This document shows, piece by piece, positions 1-10,484 of a stretch of 34,735 nucleotides of DNA. Origin of the DNA: Octopus bimaculoides (Eukaryota); contig NC_068989.1 of the NCBI RefSeq assembly GCF_001194135.2, positions 56,048,003 to 56,082,737 on the forward strand. Direction: 5' to 3'. A program made the position numbers and the translations under genes. The notes beneath the pieces are model-generated. The model made no database searches. It saw only the letters and a list, made by a program, of their open reading frames with translations, and had not been told where the DNA came from. Each line of letters begins with the position of its first letter. The first letter of the stretch is position 1.

Positions 1-34
1 TATTCTTATTCTTGCAGCTACACTTTCAGCGCAC

Positions 35-626
35 AAGGAATGGAGTGAACGCATGTTATAACTGCATACTTTATTCCGACATATGTTTCGAAGGATTACA
101 ATTTATGCGATCCATAGGAATCGTCGATGTTAAAAATGTAAACTTCTCCTCAGGGAAATGTATGGGGATCATCTTAAACGTAAGACATTATGACCGAGTA
201 TGAGAACTATAGTTGGATAAGGTTATAACGTAATTCATTTGGAAAAACCGTTAGAGATGTGGACGCTACCAGATAGTACTTAGGACAAGAAAGGAAGGAA
301 GAGAAAAAAAAAAAAAAGAAGAGAGAGAGAGAGGAAAGGAAAATTCAGAGTGTAGATTTTTGAGTAGATGGGATGATATAAATACTATCTGGTAGCGTCC
401 ACATCTCTAACGGTTTTTTCAAATGAATTACGTTATAACCTTATCCAACTATAGTTCTCATACTCGGTCATAATGTCTTACGTTTAAGATGATCCCCATA
501 CATTTCCCTGAGGAGAAGTTTACATTTTTAACATCGACAATTCCTATGGATCACATAAATTGTAATTCTTCGAAACATATGTCGGAATAAAGTATGCAGT
601 TATAACATGCGTTCACTCCATTCCTT
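35..626. repeat. Long inverted repeat (foldback): 244-bp arms 35-278 and 383-626, 104-bp purine-rich spacer
   Basis: Arms compared base by base: 240/244 identical, 4 transitions. No target-site duplication (TSD) visible. Confidence 0.97.
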
Positions 627-628
627 AA

Positions 629-631
<3 letters not shown>

Positions 632-665
<34 letters not shown>
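632..665. repeat. (TA)n microsatellite
   Basis: Direct reading. Confidence 0.95.
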
Positions 666-669
<4 letters not shown>

Positions 670-1075
670 TTCTACTGCAATTATCAAGTGAGCAATTATG
701 TTCTATAACCTACAGAATGTTGCATAAGTAATACAGCATCTGAGCGTGTTTTCACATTAACAAACTGACAGGCGTATGGGACATGTAGTATAAGGATTGG
801 GAAAACGGCTCAGTCGATGAAGTATGAGACTTGTGAGTTGTTCCACATCAATTTGACAGATGGCATTTCAATTTATCAGTGTAAAATCTCTTAATGAAGA
901 TATAGTTGACTGACACAAAATATCAGTCTACAGGATGTATATATTTATAACTCCCAAAATATCTTTCTGACTCAGATGCTAATTTTAATTCAATTATTTT
1001 TTTCTTTAAGGATTTTTTATTATTATTTTATAATTTCTTTTTTGCCCTGTGGTTTTTCTCAGTTTTCAATTTCCT

Positions 1076-1173
1076 ATGTGTGTGTGCGCATGTGGGCATA
1101 TATGTATTTATGCATATATATATATGTATATATTTATATTACATACACATATATATGTGTGTATGTGTATTAT

Positions 1174-1209
<36 letters not shown>

Positions 1210-1222
1210 ACACTCACACAGA
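1076..1222. repeat. Compound (TG)/(TA)/(CA) microsatellite
   Basis: Direct reading; source of the ORF-track poly-HT/YI artefacts. Confidence 0.9.
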
Positions 1223-1559
1223 TGTTTACTTTATGTATTTTGTTTCTATAGCTGACCGTATGTTTCTCTCTACAAGTGGTAAACTTCCTAGAACTTGTGG
1301 ATGATCTTAATATTTTATAGCAGCATAATCATTAAATCAACATCTAGTGAGTGTTTCTACTTCTGCTCTGCGTATACTGTCATATTTCTTGAAGGTCCAT
1401 TAGCTGTCATATATTGGTTTGTTCTCTCGGTTCTCTTCCTTGGTCAAGATCAACCACACATCCTCGTCTCTATGCTCAGGCCTGGGCAGAGGTATTTTGA
1501 AACAGACTGGTAATTGCCCATGTATGCAGGCAAGCCACCTCTCTCCATGTTGCTGATGT

Positions 1560-1640
1560 TATCATCATCATCATCATCATCATCATCATCGTCATTTAAC
1601 ACCCATGTTATCTGCTGGCACGGGCTGGACAGTTTGACAA
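1560..1640 (-). mobile_element. RTE-type 3' terminus fragment with (GAT)n tail
   Basis: (CAT)n followed by tttaacacccatg..ctggcacgggctggacag, similar to the reverse complement of the 3' end at 16150-16206, which is attached to an RTE ORF C-terminus. Confidence 0.7.
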
Positions 1641-1689
1641 GATTGCATGTGTGTGTGCATGTGCATGCATGTATGTGTGTGTTACTATC

Positions 1690-1935
1690 AGCTTACTTTG
1701 ATTTCGCATGGTGGTTGTAAATGAATGTCACTGTCATGCAAGTGGTGTACTTCGTTTCCAATCTTCTGTGAAAACATGTCAGGCCATGGAGGAAACATTA
1801 CCTCACTTGGAAAGAAATAAGACTGGTGACAGGAAGGGCATCTGGCTGTAGGAAAAAATCCACCTCAACAAATTCCATCTTAACCATGGAAGCATGGAAA
1901 AGTAAATGTTAAAGCAATGATGATAAAACGATGAT
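1690..1935 (+). mobile_element. RTE-type 3' UTR repeat (second subfamily) with GAT tail
   Basis: ggtgacaggaagggcatc...gcatggaaaag..gttaa..gatgat; related copies on the minus strand at 4896-5135 and 7372-7530. Confidence 0.7.
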
Positions 1936-2288
1936 TACAAAATTAATTTTGAAGTTTTATGATGCTCTAAACTGTAATCCGAAATTCTATCCGTCTTGAG
2001 ATAATTAATCTGTCATTTGATACTAGCTTAAAAGAATCCTGGTTTATTAGATTATGTGAGCATTACCATTATTATTTAAAAGTTTAATCTTCGTTTTGAA
2101 ATTCTTCCTGATTATCATCAATTTAACTTGTTTTACAACAAGCCAACACATGGAAAAAGTTGAGCAATTCAAATGCAGTAGTTTATTTATTCTTAGTAAG
2201 CAGAGTACAAATGTAACTATAATTTTCAATTTTGGAGTTTCTACTGTGGAGTTTATTAACTCTTTTGATACTGACCTATCTGAGACCA

Positions 2289-2522
2289 TGGTGTGCGTGT
2301 GTATGTATGTATCTGTGTGTCAGTGTTTGTCCCCACACTATCGCTTGACAACCGATGCTGGCGTGTTTACACCCCCATAACCTAGTAGTTCGACAAAAAG
2401 GGGCTGATAGAATAAAGTACTAGGCTTACAAAGAATACAAATGGGGTCGATTTGTTTGACTAAAGGCGGTGCACCAGCATGGCCGCAGTCAAATGATTGA
2501 AACAAGTAAAAGAAAAAAAAAG
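2289..2522 (+). mobile_element. SINE family A, 3' half (starts at the internal microsatellite)
   Basis: cgcttgacaaccgatgctgg...gatagaataaagtactaggc...ggcggtgcaccagcatggcc...gaaacaagtaaaaga; similar to 19315-19540 and to the reverse complements of 5136-5340 and 12712-12890. Confidence 0.85.
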
Positions 2523-2795
2523 GCATTATTTCATGTTGCTTCAGTCTATTCAGCTAATCCAGGCCTCTTTCCTTCCAGCTGTCACATCTTTCATGTTGTA
2601 TTGGGCTAAGGATGGGAGGTCCCACTCTAACAACTCACCCAATTTGTCCCCTTACCAATAAGCTCTGATAGGGGGCTGTGGGCAAATAAGATTTAATCAG
2701 AGTACATTAGCTGTTGTTCATCTCTCAGTGAGTATTTCAGCACAAGGTTTGGGATTAATGGGATTGTTGTTGTTTGATTCTAGGGCAATCCTAAT

Positions 2796-3014
2796 GTCCA
2801 GTAAGTTCACCATCATCAATTCACCACAAGGAAAGTTCAATCATCAATTCCCCACCCTTTTTTTTTCTCAATAAAATAGTCTTTAACTATTAATGGTAGA
2901 TACTATGGATATATTTTCTCAGTAAACTTTCCTTACGGCGAACTTTCATCACAGTAAATTGATGGCGGTGAACTCTCCTGCAATGAATTGATAGTGGTGA
3001 ACTTATCTGTAATC
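2796..3014. mobile_element. MITE with TIRs, subterminal motif repeats and a 9-10 bp TSD (MULE-like)
   Basis: TIR core taagttcaccatcatcaattca / tgaattgatagtggtgaactta (20/22). Flanking direct repeat aatcctaat at 2787-2795 and 3015-3023. Confidence 0.75.
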
Positions 3015-3254
3015 AATCCTAATCAAAGGCATTCCTCCCATGACCATCCAGACTTCTATTCAGCTAAAGTGTATCTAAGTCCACATTATCTTATGCGTTG
3101 CTGGGGTGTGATATGAGTGAATTTGGCTGCTACTTCTGGGAAGTCAATCAACTGCATAGAGGCTTCCTCATTGATGTGATTGCTGTTGTTGCTGTTTATG
3201 CATGTCTGTTTTTATATTTATCCAGACAGAATATTTTTATTATTTTTTTTTTTA

Positions 3255-3523
3255 ATGTTTTTCTGAGGTGTGGTTGATGTGTCTGAAGTTTTGGAGAAAT
3301 TGAATATTTAGTGGCAGGTTTTGTGTGTGTGGATTGGAATCTATTGCAGCAACAAACAGTGACCTTTGCAAGCCTGTATGGTCTTTCATTTTGAGTATTT
3401 TTGTTTCATTGTGTAGGTGGCCTATGGGTGTGGTCTACGTTCTGGCTGGGATGATGTATTATATCGTGTTCTTTGTAATTTTTCACGATTTATTGTGGAG
3501 AGATTGGGTGAACCCCAACGAAC
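3255..3523 (-). mobile_element. Decayed I-group (I/Nimb/Jockey-like) non-LTR RT C-terminal fragment
   Basis: Manual translation with frameshift: WGSPNLSTINREKLQRT...TTPIGHLHNETKILKMKDH, resembling the WSPxLSxTNxxKLQxxQNxALR...STPxxHLHxETKxL region as I recall it. Confidence 0.65.
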
Positions 3524-3561
3524 AGGACTTGAAAAAAATATATAATGGATCAAATACTGAG

Positions 3562-3678
3562 AGGTGGTGGTGAATTGGCAATCATCAATGTATTGGATAA
3601 AATGCTTAGCAGTGTTTTCCTTGGTTCCCTACGCTCTAAGTTCAAATTTCACTGAGGTTGACTTGGCTTTTCATTCTT
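3562..3678 (+). mobile_element. SINE family C head fragment (degraded)
   Basis: aaatgcttagcag...aagttcaaatttcactgaggttgacttggcttttcattc, similar to 28819-28920. Confidence 0.7.
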
Positions 3679-3679
3679 A

Positions 3680-4580
3680 TTTTATTTAGTTCTCTCCCTT
3701 CCATGAGGCACATAAGGCCACAACATAATCTCTCCAACCAGATCTGTTTTCTACCACTGTTCTGGTCTCATTCAAGCTTCTCCACACTTCTCATCTCCTT
3801 TCCTTGTCAATGCTTCTTCACCATGTGGGTTAGGGTGAACTGCTTCTCCTTTTTCCTCAGGCTGTCACTTCAGTGCCGCCATATGTTTCGGTAACCACAT
3901 GTTACAGGCTGTGATTTTTGACATTGCCAGTGACCTCGAAGGCCACTGGGCTTCCCTCAGGCTTTGTCCCATTGGTATCATTTTGCTTTTGGTCCCATCC
4001 ACAGTCATGGCTTTGCCAGAGTCAATCAGGTTTTGATCTGTTGCAGTTTCTGTAATTGACATAATTTTTACAGTGTGTAGGTGATTAGTCCTCCACCCAA
4101 CCCTAATCCGGAAGGACTGGGCCTTTTTTATCATGATGTGCATTCACTATTTCAGCACCCAGAAAACTAACAGATCTGGAACTCCGGTGATATGAAACAC
4201 CACAGCTTTGTGATAGGAGGTGAGGGGGAATTTTTGAGGTGGTCCCAGCTCACCTGACAGACTCATTATTGGGCACATGGGGTATTTAAAGGGACACAGG
4301 CTCCACTTCCTGAAACCCTACCAGCCCTGATGAGCCTGTCATCATATGGTCCATGACTGCTTATTCACCAAGTGGTCCTGTTGTGGGCCTGCTTGCTTAT
4401 TTCGCAGCTGCCCACATACTTGTGGTCATCCCACCATCCACTGCCCAGTAGACATGCCCATAATGAGATGGTCACCCTGACCCCATTCTTCATGGGATCC
4501 CTAGCATAGCAGGACATGGGTTCATCCTTTTGGGCAGTTGATTGGCAGAAATGTTAGAGGGTCAGGCAGGATTCTTGTAT
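3680..4580 (-). mobile_element. RTE-derived non-autonomous element (5' leader joined to ORF C-terminus)
   Basis: Reverse complement of 3690-3880 gives AALKWQPE(G)KRR...PTWWRS...TWNETRTVVENRSGWRDYVVALCASWK-like text with frameshifts, typical of an RTE ORF end. 4030-4130 resembles an RTE 5' leader (gggttgggtggaggactaatcacctacacactgtaaaa). No endonuclease or RT core in between. Confidence 0.65.
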
Positions 4581-4639
4581 TATTAACCCTTTTCATACCA
4601 ATCCACCTAAGATTGTTCCTGGTTCTATGATACAAACTT

Positions 4640-4817
4640 CATCATCATCATCATCATCGTTTAACGTCCGCTTTCCATGCTAGCATGGGTTGGACGATTT
4701 GACTGAGGACTGGTGCAACCGGATGGCTACACCAGGCTCCAATCTAATTTGGCAGAGTTTCTACAGCTGGATGCCCTTCCTAACGCCAACCACTCAGAGA
4801 GTGTAGTGGGTGCTTTT
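4640..4817 (-). mobile_element. RTE-type 3' UTR fragment with (GAT)n tail
   Basis: catcatcgtttaacgtccgctttccatgctagcatgggttggacg...ggatgcccttcctaacgccaaccac; reverse-complement match to 30905-31090. Confidence 0.85.
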
Positions 4818-4895
4818 GGGCCAATATTTTCCCTCGAACATTATCAAAATATCATCATCGCTTCCAGTGTAACTAAATACAGCTGATGTACATCT

Positions 4896-5135
4896 CATCA
4901 TTATCATTTTAACGTCCACTTTTCCGTCCTTGAATGGGTCAGACAAAATTCATCGAAGTGGATTTTTGACATCTGAAAGTTTTTCAGTTCTTCCTGTCAT
5001 TAGCTCTTACATTTTGCCAAGTAAGATAATATTTCCCTGATACCCTCAAACAAAAGCAGTACTATGACCAGACATGTTTTCATGGAAGATTGCAAATGAA
5101 CAATACCCATGTATGATGGTGATGTTTATTTTGTA
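4896..5135 (-). mobile_element. RTE-type 3' UTR repeat (second subfamily)
   Basis: Reverse-complement similarity to 1690-1935. Confidence 0.7.
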
Positions 5136-5362
5136 TCATTTATCTGTTACTTGCTTCAATCATTTGAATGCGGTCATGCTGGGGTACCACCTTGAAGAAT
5201 TTTTAGTCAAATGAATCAACACCAGTACTAATTTTTTTTGTTTTTTTGCTAAGCCAGGTACTTATCCTATTAGTCTCTTTTGCTGGACTGCTAAGTTATA
5301 GTGATGCAAACATACCAACAGCAGTTATCAAGTGGTGGTGGGAGACAAACACACACACACAA

Positions 5363-5398
<36 letters not shown>

Positions 5399-5586
5399 AG
5401 AAAGAGAGAGAGAGAGAGAGAAAGAGAGAGAAAGAGTGATGCAATGGGCTTCTTTCTGTTTCCGTCTACCATATCCACTCATAGTAGAAATAGTAGAAGA
5501 CACTTGTCCAAGATGCCACACAGTGGGACTGAACCCAGAACCTTGTGGTTGGGAAGCAAACTTCTTACCACACAGCCATACCTGAT
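5136..5586 (-). mobile_element. SINE family A, near full length, with internal (CA)(TA)(GA) microsatellite
   Basis: tRNA-like head (gtgtggtaagaagtttgcttcccaaccac...ggttctgggttcagtcccactg on the minus strand), internal repeat at 5348-5435, and 3' half matching 2289-2522. Confidence 0.9.
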
Positions 5587-5883
5587 TGTTTATAGTTAAG
5601 GTATGTCAAGATGACATGAAGACACATTCATACATATACATGTATGCATATCATTAGGAAAAACAAGAAACAAATCCTATTGTTTCAACATTTATAATCA
5701 GTAGTTCTTGTAAAAATGTCATTTCCCATTCCATTTCTAGTTCCTGGGTGATTAGATTTACTATTATCACTGATACAAGGAATGTACTTTGCCTCATATT
5801 TGTCAAGCTTCAGAAAATGTCATCTACACACATGAATAATTCTTCTGCTTTGAAAAAGAAAATAGGCATACATATATATATAC

Positions 5884-5914
<31 letters not shown>

Positions 5915-5974
5915 TGTATGTATGTGTGTGTATGCATGTATGTATGTACATATCTGAGAACACACACACACACA

Positions 5975-6358
5975 NNNNNNNNNNNNNNNNNNNNNNNNNN
6001 NNNNNNNNNNNNNNNNNNNNNNNNNNNNNNNNNNNNNNNNNNNNNNNNNNNNNNNNNNNNNNNNNNNNNNNNNNNNNNNNNNNNNNNNNNNNNNNNNNNN
6101 NNNNNNNNNNNNNNNNNNNNNNNNNNNNNNNNNNNNNNNNNNNNNNNNNNNNNNNNNNNNNNNNNNNNNNNNNNNNNNNNNNNNNNNNNNNNNNNNNNNN
6201 NNNNNNNNNNNNNNNNNNNNNNNNNNNNNNNNNNNNNNNNNNNNNNNNNNNNNNNNNNNNNNNNNNNNNNNNNNNNNNNNNNNNNNNNNNNNNNNNNNNN
6301 NNNNNNNNNNNNNNNNNNNNNNNNNNNNNNNNNNNNNNNNNNNNNNNNNNNNNNNNNN
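5975..6358. other. Assembly gap (N-run). Other gaps: 9621-9630, 14672-15588, 19076-19085, 20825-20834, 25656-25665, 26518-26808, 27747-27879, 33076-33702, 34037-34136
   Basis: Direct reading; most gaps are flanked by microsatellites. Confidence 0.99.
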
Positions 6359-6485
6359 GTAGACAACAAACAGATGTATTAGTATAACGCTCGGGAAGTG
6401 AAGAAGTCTTCAATGTTTTGAGCCTATGCTCTTCCACAGAAAGGAACACAGAAAGAAATAAGGAGAGAAAATAAAGAATGTGTAG
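6359..6485 (-). mobile_element. Penelope-like element terminal repeat fragment
   Basis: Reverse complement of 19150-19260 (gaagagc.taggctc.aaa motif; acagatgtattag..taa..ctcgggaag). Confidence 0.6.
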
Positions 6486-6493
6486 TGGCTAGA

Positions 6494-6534
<41 letters not shown>

Positions 6535-6587
6535 ATATGTGTGTGTGTACAAATATATAAAAGAATGAAAGGAAGTATACATGTATG

Positions 6588-6619
<32 letters not shown>

Positions 6620-7092
6620 TGTATGTATGTATGTATGTATGTATGTATGTATGTATGCTCTTCATTTACGTGCATAGTGTCAATTTAGTATTTTAGCATT
6701 GACAGATATAATGGAAATATAATCAGTAGAACTCTAGAGAGCCACATTGAGGTCTGTGTTGGTAAGAGCCAATACAATAAAAACAATAAATAAATAAAAA
6801 ATAAATAAAAATAATTTTGTTTTGACCCAAAATGTTAAATATTTATTTCTCTTTCTGATAACAACCTAATATTCCTCCAATGTTTTTTTTGTTTTTACAC
6901 TTTTTCTTAAACAGACCCAAGTATGGACTTCTCTGTCTGTTTAAAACTTTTGCCTCTGAATACATAGTTCATTCCACTGACAAGGTACTACATTTATTAA
7001 TCAATAAATCCATTTATACATTACTTTGCATATTATTGTTGAAATATATTTGTTTGACGTTCATAGCTGCCATTCTAATAGTCCTATCTCTA

Positions 7093-7180
7093 CCGCCAAG
7101 ACCATCACCACCACCATTACCACTACCACCACCGCCACCGCCACCACCACCACCACTTCCACTACCATCCGGTGATGGTC
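7093..7180. repeat. (CCA)n-type trinucleotide repeat
   Basis: Direct reading; produces the poly-Pro stretch in ORF 6880-7260. Confidence 0.9.
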
Positions 7181-7371
7181 TAGCAACAAACAAACAAGAT
7201 TACAATGTCAAAAATGTCAGTGTTGGTAATGGGGAAAAATATCGAATTCTCATTACATAAATAAGAAATTGAAAAGTATTAAGAATCAAATATAACGGCA
7301 TCTACCTCTTTCTGGCTGAAGAATTATAAATCACATCAAGATGGTTACAAACGCATTTGTTTCTTCTTGTT

Positions 7372-7530
7372 CATCATCATCATCATCGTTTCTCAGCATC
7401 CTCTTCTCTACGCTTGCATAGGCTGGACTGTATTTGTTGAGGCAGATATTCTACAGTCAGATGCCCTTCCTGTCATTACCTGCCCCCTTCCACTTGCATG
7501 ACAGTGACACTCGTTTACACAGTGTCAAGA
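7372..7530 (-). mobile_element. RTE-type 3' UTR repeat with (GAT)n tail
   Basis: (CAT)n followed by ...cagatgcccttcctgtc...ccacttgcatgacagtgacac; matches 1690-1935 in reverse. Confidence 0.7.
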
Positions 7531-7624
7531 CAAGGAGACACAAACACACATGCACATATACATGCATGCACACACACACACACATGCATGCGCATATGCA
7601 TACACACACATACATGGACACACA

Positions 7625-7930
7625 CCGAATCGTTAGCACACTGGGCGAAATGCCTAACGGTATTTCATTGAACAAGTTGACACTTGGTACTTATTTTGTT
7701 TTTTAAGTCTAGTATTTCTTTTTTTTTTTTAAGTCTGGTATCTCTTTTGTCAAACTGCTGAGTTATGAGGCCATAAACAAACCAACACTAGTTTTCAAGT
7801 GGTGTGAGGGAACAAACACAGAATCAAACACACACACACGTGCACACACACACGCACATACATACACACACACACACGGTTTTCATCAACCAAATTCATG
7901 CACAAAGCATTGGTTCACCCAGGGCTTTAA
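7625..7930. mobile_element. SINE C head fragment (+) abutting a SINE A fragment (-)
   Basis: gaatcgttagcacactgggcgaaatgcctaacggtatttc, then tacttatt...caaactgctgagttatgagg...acaaacac(ac)n...ccaaattcatgcacaaagc. Confidence 0.65.
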
Positions 7931-7944
7931 TAAGTAGTAGAGAC

Positions 7945-8105
7945 ACATGGCTTACTGGCTAAGATGTTGGAATAATGATCTTAATATTGTGGTTTCAGTT
8001 CCTGGACTGGGCAATGTGGTGTGTTCTTGGACAAAACACTTCATTTCACACTGCTCCAGTTTGCTCAGCTGACAAAAGCAAGTATTTCTGTGATGGACCA
8101 GCATC
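7945..8105 (+). mobile_element. SINE family B head, degraded
   Basis: ggtttcagttcctggactgggc..gtgttcttggacaaaacacttcatttcacactgctccag; similar to 9990-10090. Confidence 0.6.
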
Positions 8106-8799
8106 CTGGGGTAATGAGTCTAGGAAACTGGTCCTTGATTCAGGAAGGATCTTTATCCTATATTTTTTTTATCCTTCGCTTTACTAAAAGTCAATTACCC
8201 AAGGTGCTGCACTGTGCAACTAACCCCAAACCCATATAATTGCAGAGAAAGCTTCTTAAATCACACTTTGTCTACAAAATAATTACATCCAAAATTTACC
8301 CTTGAGAAATATAAAACTTTAGAATTCCACTACCTCTTGATTAGTCATTATTCACAGAAGTTATTTCAGGAATGGTACAGCAGAAGAATAAAGCTTTTTA
8401 TGTAGCATACATAGCAACAGGAAACAATTCACTGAAAGAGTTTACTTGGTTAAAAACAATAAATCACTTTAAGAGCAGATTTCATTCTTTTATATTTTTT
8501 TTTACATTGGTTTCCATGACTCAAACCAATAAAAGGTTGTTGCCATGCTTGGGGCACTATTTTCAAAAGTTTTAGTCAGTTAAATCAACCTTTGTAATTC
8601 TTCCAATCTAGTATTTGGGTTGGATTGCTCATGTTCAGTCCACTACAAGACAAAGTCCTCAGCACAATCTCTTCACCAATCACAATTTGATGTGGAGGCT
8701 GTGAATTTGAGCTTGAGATCATACTGGTTTGATGAGCCTACTCTGCCACAGTGGCTCAACATGGCTTGGCAGAAGGGTGCAGTTTTTATACTCATACCT

Positions 8800-8975
8800 G
8801 AGAGTAGTTAAGTTGATCAGATCAACTCCAGTGCTCAACTGATGCTTATTTTATCAATCCTGAAAGGATGAAAGGCAAAGTTGACCCTGGCAGAATCTGA
8901 ACTCAGAACATCAGGATGGATGAAATACTGCTAAGCATTTCACCTGAGTGCTAATGATTTTGCCAGTTTGCTGCT
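8800..8975 (-). mobile_element. SINE family C
   Basis: tgaaaggatgaaaggcaaagttgacc...ctgaactcagaac...ctaagcatttcacc...ctaatgattttgccagtttgc. Confidence 0.85.
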
Positions 8976-9405
8976 TTACAATATTTAATGAAATGCTTAA
9001 GTTACCATAAAGGCGCATAACATGATACACTGGCTTATACTGGCAAACACAAACAAGGACATGGATTTGGACATAGACACATACACACACTTGGACACAG
9101 CATACACACATGAACACACACACATACACATACATATAAAGGAACACAAGTGAGCTGAGAGAAAAATTGAGCACAAGAGGCATCAGGTATAGTGTGCGAG
9201 AGAGAAGACTGCAATGGGAAAAGGTATGTGATGTTTAACTATATATACAATGTAGTGCTTCATTTTTGGTGGGATCAACAAAAAAGTACTCCATCCAGTG
9301 AGAGGTAAATAACATTTACTACATACAGAATTTACATGCGAGCTACTATTAGTTTCATGCCTTTGAATATACAATGGTTGGACGAGCTTGTACAACATGG
9401 TGTGC

Positions 9406-9520
9406 ATTTTCAGGCAATCATTCAGACTCAAAATACAACATGGCTGCTCTTATTCATTCTCATTCTTTCTCTCAAAGAGCATTCATGTTGCATTTTGAGC
9501 TTGACTGATTGCCTGAAAAT
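9406..9520. repeat. Inverted repeat/hairpin: 37-bp arms 9406-9442 and 9484-9520, plus a 7-bp inner stem
   Basis: Arms 33/37 complementary; inner tgctctt (9445-9451) pairs with aagagca (9475-9481). Confidence 0.9.
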
Positions 9521-9645
9521 ACAGAGCATGCTATAGAAATTTGTCTGATCATTGTATTTTCATAGGGATTAATAGTAGCTCTTATTTAAATCCTGTGTAT
9601 GTATGTATGTGTATATATATNNNNNNNNNNTATATATATATATAT

Positions 9646-9812
9646 AGGCACAGGCATTGATGTGTGGTAAGTAGCTTGCTTACCAACCACATGGTTCCAG
9701 TTTCAGTCCCACTGTGTTGCACTTTGGGCAAGTGACTTCTATTTTAGCCTCGGGCCGACCAAAGCCTTGTGAGTGGATTTGGTAGACAGAAACTGAAAGA
9801 AGCCCATTGTAT
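9646..9812 (+). mobile_element. SINE family A, 5' half
   Basis: gtgtggtaagtagcttgcttaccaaccacatggttcc...gccttgtgagtggatttggtagacagaaactgaaagaagccc, ending at the microsatellite. Confidence 0.9.
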
Positions 9813-9887
9813 GTATATATGTATGTATATACCACCACCACCACTGCTGCTGCCACTGTCATTATTGACAAATTGTTCATTGTGCTC

Positions 9888-10436
9888 ATGCCTTTAGCAT
9901 TTAATCTGGCCATTTCTGGCCCAAATATTCTATACGTTTTACGTTAAAGTGAAGGTGCACGGCTTAGTGGTTAAGGTATTCAGCTCATGATCATAAGGTC
10001 ACGAGTTCAATTCTTGGCAATGCATTGTGTCCTCAGGCAAGAGACTTTATTTCACATTGCTACTGTTCACTCAGCTGGCAAAGATGAGTAGCACATGTAT
10101 CAATGGGCCAACCTTGTCACACACTCTGTGTCATGCTGAATCTCCCTGAGAACTATGTTAAGGGTGCACATGTCTGTGGTGTGCTTGGCTGCTTTCATGT
10201 GCAGGCTGTTCCATTGATTGGATCAACTGGAACCCTTGTCATTGTAACTAACAGAGGGCCAGTTTATGCTAAAACTAGCCAGATCCAATCTCTCACACCT
10301 ACCCTACAGTGTCCCTAAAAATATACAAACACACCATTGAAATCTTAAAGCTACAAGATAATGTGTGATAAATTCAAAACCATGGGACTATATAAGCAAC
10401 GCATGTGACAAAGAAATCTGAATGCTATAGGATTAA
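9888..10436. mobile_element. Degraded TTAA-type (piggyBac-like) MITE interrupted by a SINE B insertion
   Basis: Ends cctttagcatttaa.. and ..ctgaatgctataggattaa are approximate inverted repeats. Internal segment 10290-10400 is similar to 28705-28818. Confidence 0.5.
9950..10265 (+). mobile_element. SINE family B, near full length
   Basis: tRNA-like head ggcttagtggttaaggtattcagctc...gagttcaattc; body gagaactatgttaagggtgcac; similar to 11882-12208 and to the reverse complement of 22030-22345. Confidence 0.88.
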
Positions 10437-10484
10437 GGCAGTATTGCAGATGATATTGGCTTTCCACAGGCTACAGTACCAGAC

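Noticed and set aside
4327-4350. CTGATGA hammerhead core
   Set aside because: No stem II followed by GAAA, and it is antisense to the element.
6915-6984. Plus-strand exon candidates (also 771-831, 17523-17552, 23336-23365)
   Set aside because: Plausible AG/GT pairs, but no recognisable protein, and such sites are expected by chance. They conflict in strand with the minus-strand candidates and would need RNA-seq to revive.
9950-10020. tRNA genes at SINE heads
   Set aside because: A/B-box-like sequences only; no cloverleaf, and each continues into a SINE body.
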